From: Podarcis tiliguerta
Taxonomy: Eukaryota
NCBI GenBank assembly: GCA_965153285.1
Contig: OZ229113.1
Direction: 5' to 3' (one strand)
Length of the DNA stretch: 64,000 nt
Part shown: piece after piece, positions 63,101 to 64,000 of the stretch
Layout of the letters: every line of letters begins with the position of its first letter
Position numbering within the stretch: the stretch's first letter is position 1
Notes under the pieces: generated by a model
Told to the model about the DNA's origin: nothing
Seen by the model: the letters and a program-made list of their open reading frames with translations, nothing else
Database searches by the model: none
Program-made: the position numbers and the translations under genes

Positions 63101-64000
63101 AACTGTATTCAACTTTTGTCTTTTTTTCAGCTGCCAAGCTAGCAGCTTTCCACATTTATTAGCTGATTCAAAGGATCTTTGCTTCATCTGTTTTATTTTC
63201 CATTCAATCTCCTGATTAATCAATTTTGAATATTCTGCTTGATGGAATTTAATTTCTCTCAACAGATCCTTTGACTTTGGTTTAGTTCTCAATTTTTTCT
63301 CTCCTTGATGTATTTTCTCCAATATTTTATCTTTCTTTCCATTCCAGAGCTTCTTCTTAATTGTATTCTGTTGTATCAGAAACCCCCTCATGACAGCTTT
63401 GCTTGCGTCCCAGATCGTTCTTTTTTCTACTGTAGTATTCAAATTTATCTCAAAATAGTCCTTTAATGTTTTTTGGGCCTTTTTCACAATCTCTTGATCT
63501 CTTAAAAGAGTGTCATTCATTCTCCATCTGAAGGATCCGGTTTGAGTAAGTCTGAGATCTAATTTCAGAGCGTTGTGGTCGGAGCATGTTTTTGGGCAGA
63601 TTTCCACCTTTTTAGTCTTGGGTGCCAGCCCCCTGGAGGTCCAGATTTGGTCGATCCTTGACCAGGACAGGTGGGCCTCAGAGAAGAAAGTTCCTTCTTT
63701 ACCTAGGGGGTTCTTTGTCCTCCATATATCAATCAAATCCAGATTGTCAGTCATTTCAAAAAAAGTTTTAGGCAGTCTGCCGTCTGATGTTAGATTTTGG
63801 TTATAAGACTTATCCATATGTGTAGACACCACTCCATTCATGTCTCCCATCATTATGATGTTAGCATAGTCCAGATAGTCCAGCAGCGTCTCATGCAGCT
63901 TCTTGAAAAATTCTGATTTCCCGTCGTTTGGAGCATAAATTCCTAGTATCAATATTTTTTCTCCTTGGATCTGGATTTCAATTGCCAGAATTCTTCCATA
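60130..64000 (-). mobile_element. L1-clade LINE, young; continues past window end
   Basis: Intact ORF2, about 390-bp 3' UTR, AATAAA (60151-60156 on minus) and poly-A (T run 60130-60141). Confidence 0.97.
60518..64000 (-). CDS. L1 ORF2p (APE endonuclease, reverse transcriptase, CCHC domain), 5' end outside window
   Basis: GIYAPN, GDMN, SRID, SDHN (EN); KSPGPDG, YRPISLLN, DAEKAFD, GTRQGCPLSP, FADD, KYLG (RT); CWKC-X8-H-X4-C; frame stays open to base 64000, so the TTG at 63952 is not the real start. Confidence 0.97.
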   Translation of the reverse strand, partial: YGRILAIEIQIQGEKILILGIYAPNDGKSEFFKKLHETLLDYLDYANIIMMGDMNGVVSTHMDKSYNQNLTSDGRLPKTFFEMTDNLDLIDIWRTKNPLGKEGTFFSEAHLSWSRIDQIWTSRGLAPKTKKVEICPKTCSDHNALKLDLRLTQTGSFRWRMNDTLLRDQEIVKKAQKTLKDYFEINLNTTVEKRTIWDASKAVMRGFLIQQNTIKKKLWNGKKDKILEKIHQGEKKLRTKPKSKDLLREIKFHQAEYSKLINQEIEWKIKQMKQRSFESANKCGKLLAWQLKKRQKLNTVTNLEIEGRTVQKPEEIRKCFHRYFKELYAQGPQKESEIDHFLKTNGLSKITQDKRSILNSTITTQEIESAIQNMQLGKSPGPDGLTSKYYKTLKDYLTQPLLEVCNQIMDGKRAPETWKEAFITLIPKIETEKTQLKNYRPISLLNVDYKIFADILASRLKKVLIEVIHKDQAGFLPGRHLYENTRNIIDILELLQTNRNTRAVLIFVDAEKAFDNISWMFMKKNLEGMGVGRGFENGLRAIYSEQKAKLIVNNVVTEEFKIEKGTRQGCPLSPLLFISVLEVLLNMIREDRLVQGIEVGVKQYKLKAFADDLVLTLQEPESSTKRVLELISEFGRVAGFKLNKQKTKVLTKNLTLTETEGFQRETELNVVKKVKYLGIYLSSKNLNLFKDNYEKCWLEVKKDLEIWSRLKLSLLGRIAAIKMNVLPKMLFLFQTLQIVDREECFGKWQKDISKFVWQGKKPRIKYKILTDSKERGGFALPDLRLYYEAAAFCWLKDWFLLENTDVLDLEGFDNAFGWHAYLWYDKVKVHKLFKSHIVRKAIFAVWMKYKDLLESKTPRWLSPVEAKARKRTNMEAYWPKYWELIEKIGDGWKLQSQDKLKNKVRDWLHYAQIQEVFKMDKKVGFQEGKSKLETELLEPKTKILSRMYNLLLMWNTQDETVKSAMIKWAQDVGHNIMFEDWERLWNTGMKFTASTALKENIMKMIYRWYMTPVRLAKMHHLSDNKCWKCKEAEGTFFHLWWTCPKVKAFWEMIYNELKKVFRYTFPKKPEAFLLGMVDQKMSKKDRTLFMYASTAARILIAKSWKTQDLPTLEDWQTQLMDYMEIAELTGRIRDLDKETIEEDWGKFKDYLKKYYKLYES

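Noticed and set aside
60951-63806. Plus-strand ORFs at 60951, 61540, 62046 and 63573
   Set aside because: Antisense shadows of L1 ORF2 with no independent motifs
1-64000. CRISPR arrays, rRNA genes or prokaryotic operons
   Set aside because: No regularly spaced repeat-spacer array, rRNA sequence or gene-dense region; DNA is vertebrate and repeat-rich

Overview
Vertebrate genomic DNA, most likely a lacertid lizard (Sauria/Squam1 SINE of the Podarcis type, Squam2/Squam3-like SINEs, Bov-B, CR1, L2 and L1 LINEs). The window reads as intergenic DNA or the interior of a large intron. I found no host protein-coding exon I can identify, and nearly all short ORFs in the track are chance frames or transposon debris. 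The only long ORF is an uninterrupted L1 ORF2 (endonuclease-RT-CCHC) on the minus strand at the right edge, with its 3' UTR and poly-A tail. The rest is a mosaic of retrotransposon fragments, solo-LTR-like elements, pogo/Tigger-, hAT- and Harbinger-type MITEs, microsatellites, two N gaps and TE-poor AT-rich blocks. Most notable observations: (i) a 1.3-kb non-autonomous hAT element carrying a Copia-like gag/protease remnant, nested inside a SINE; (ii) a Bov-B insertion made of its 3' end joined to an inverted 5' piece within one TSD; (iii) a 63-bp POU/SOX-motif cassette duplicated 2.6 kb apart; (iv) an old hAT transposase fossil in otherwise unique DNA; (v) a potentially active L1. Family names come from motif recognition and recall, not database searches.
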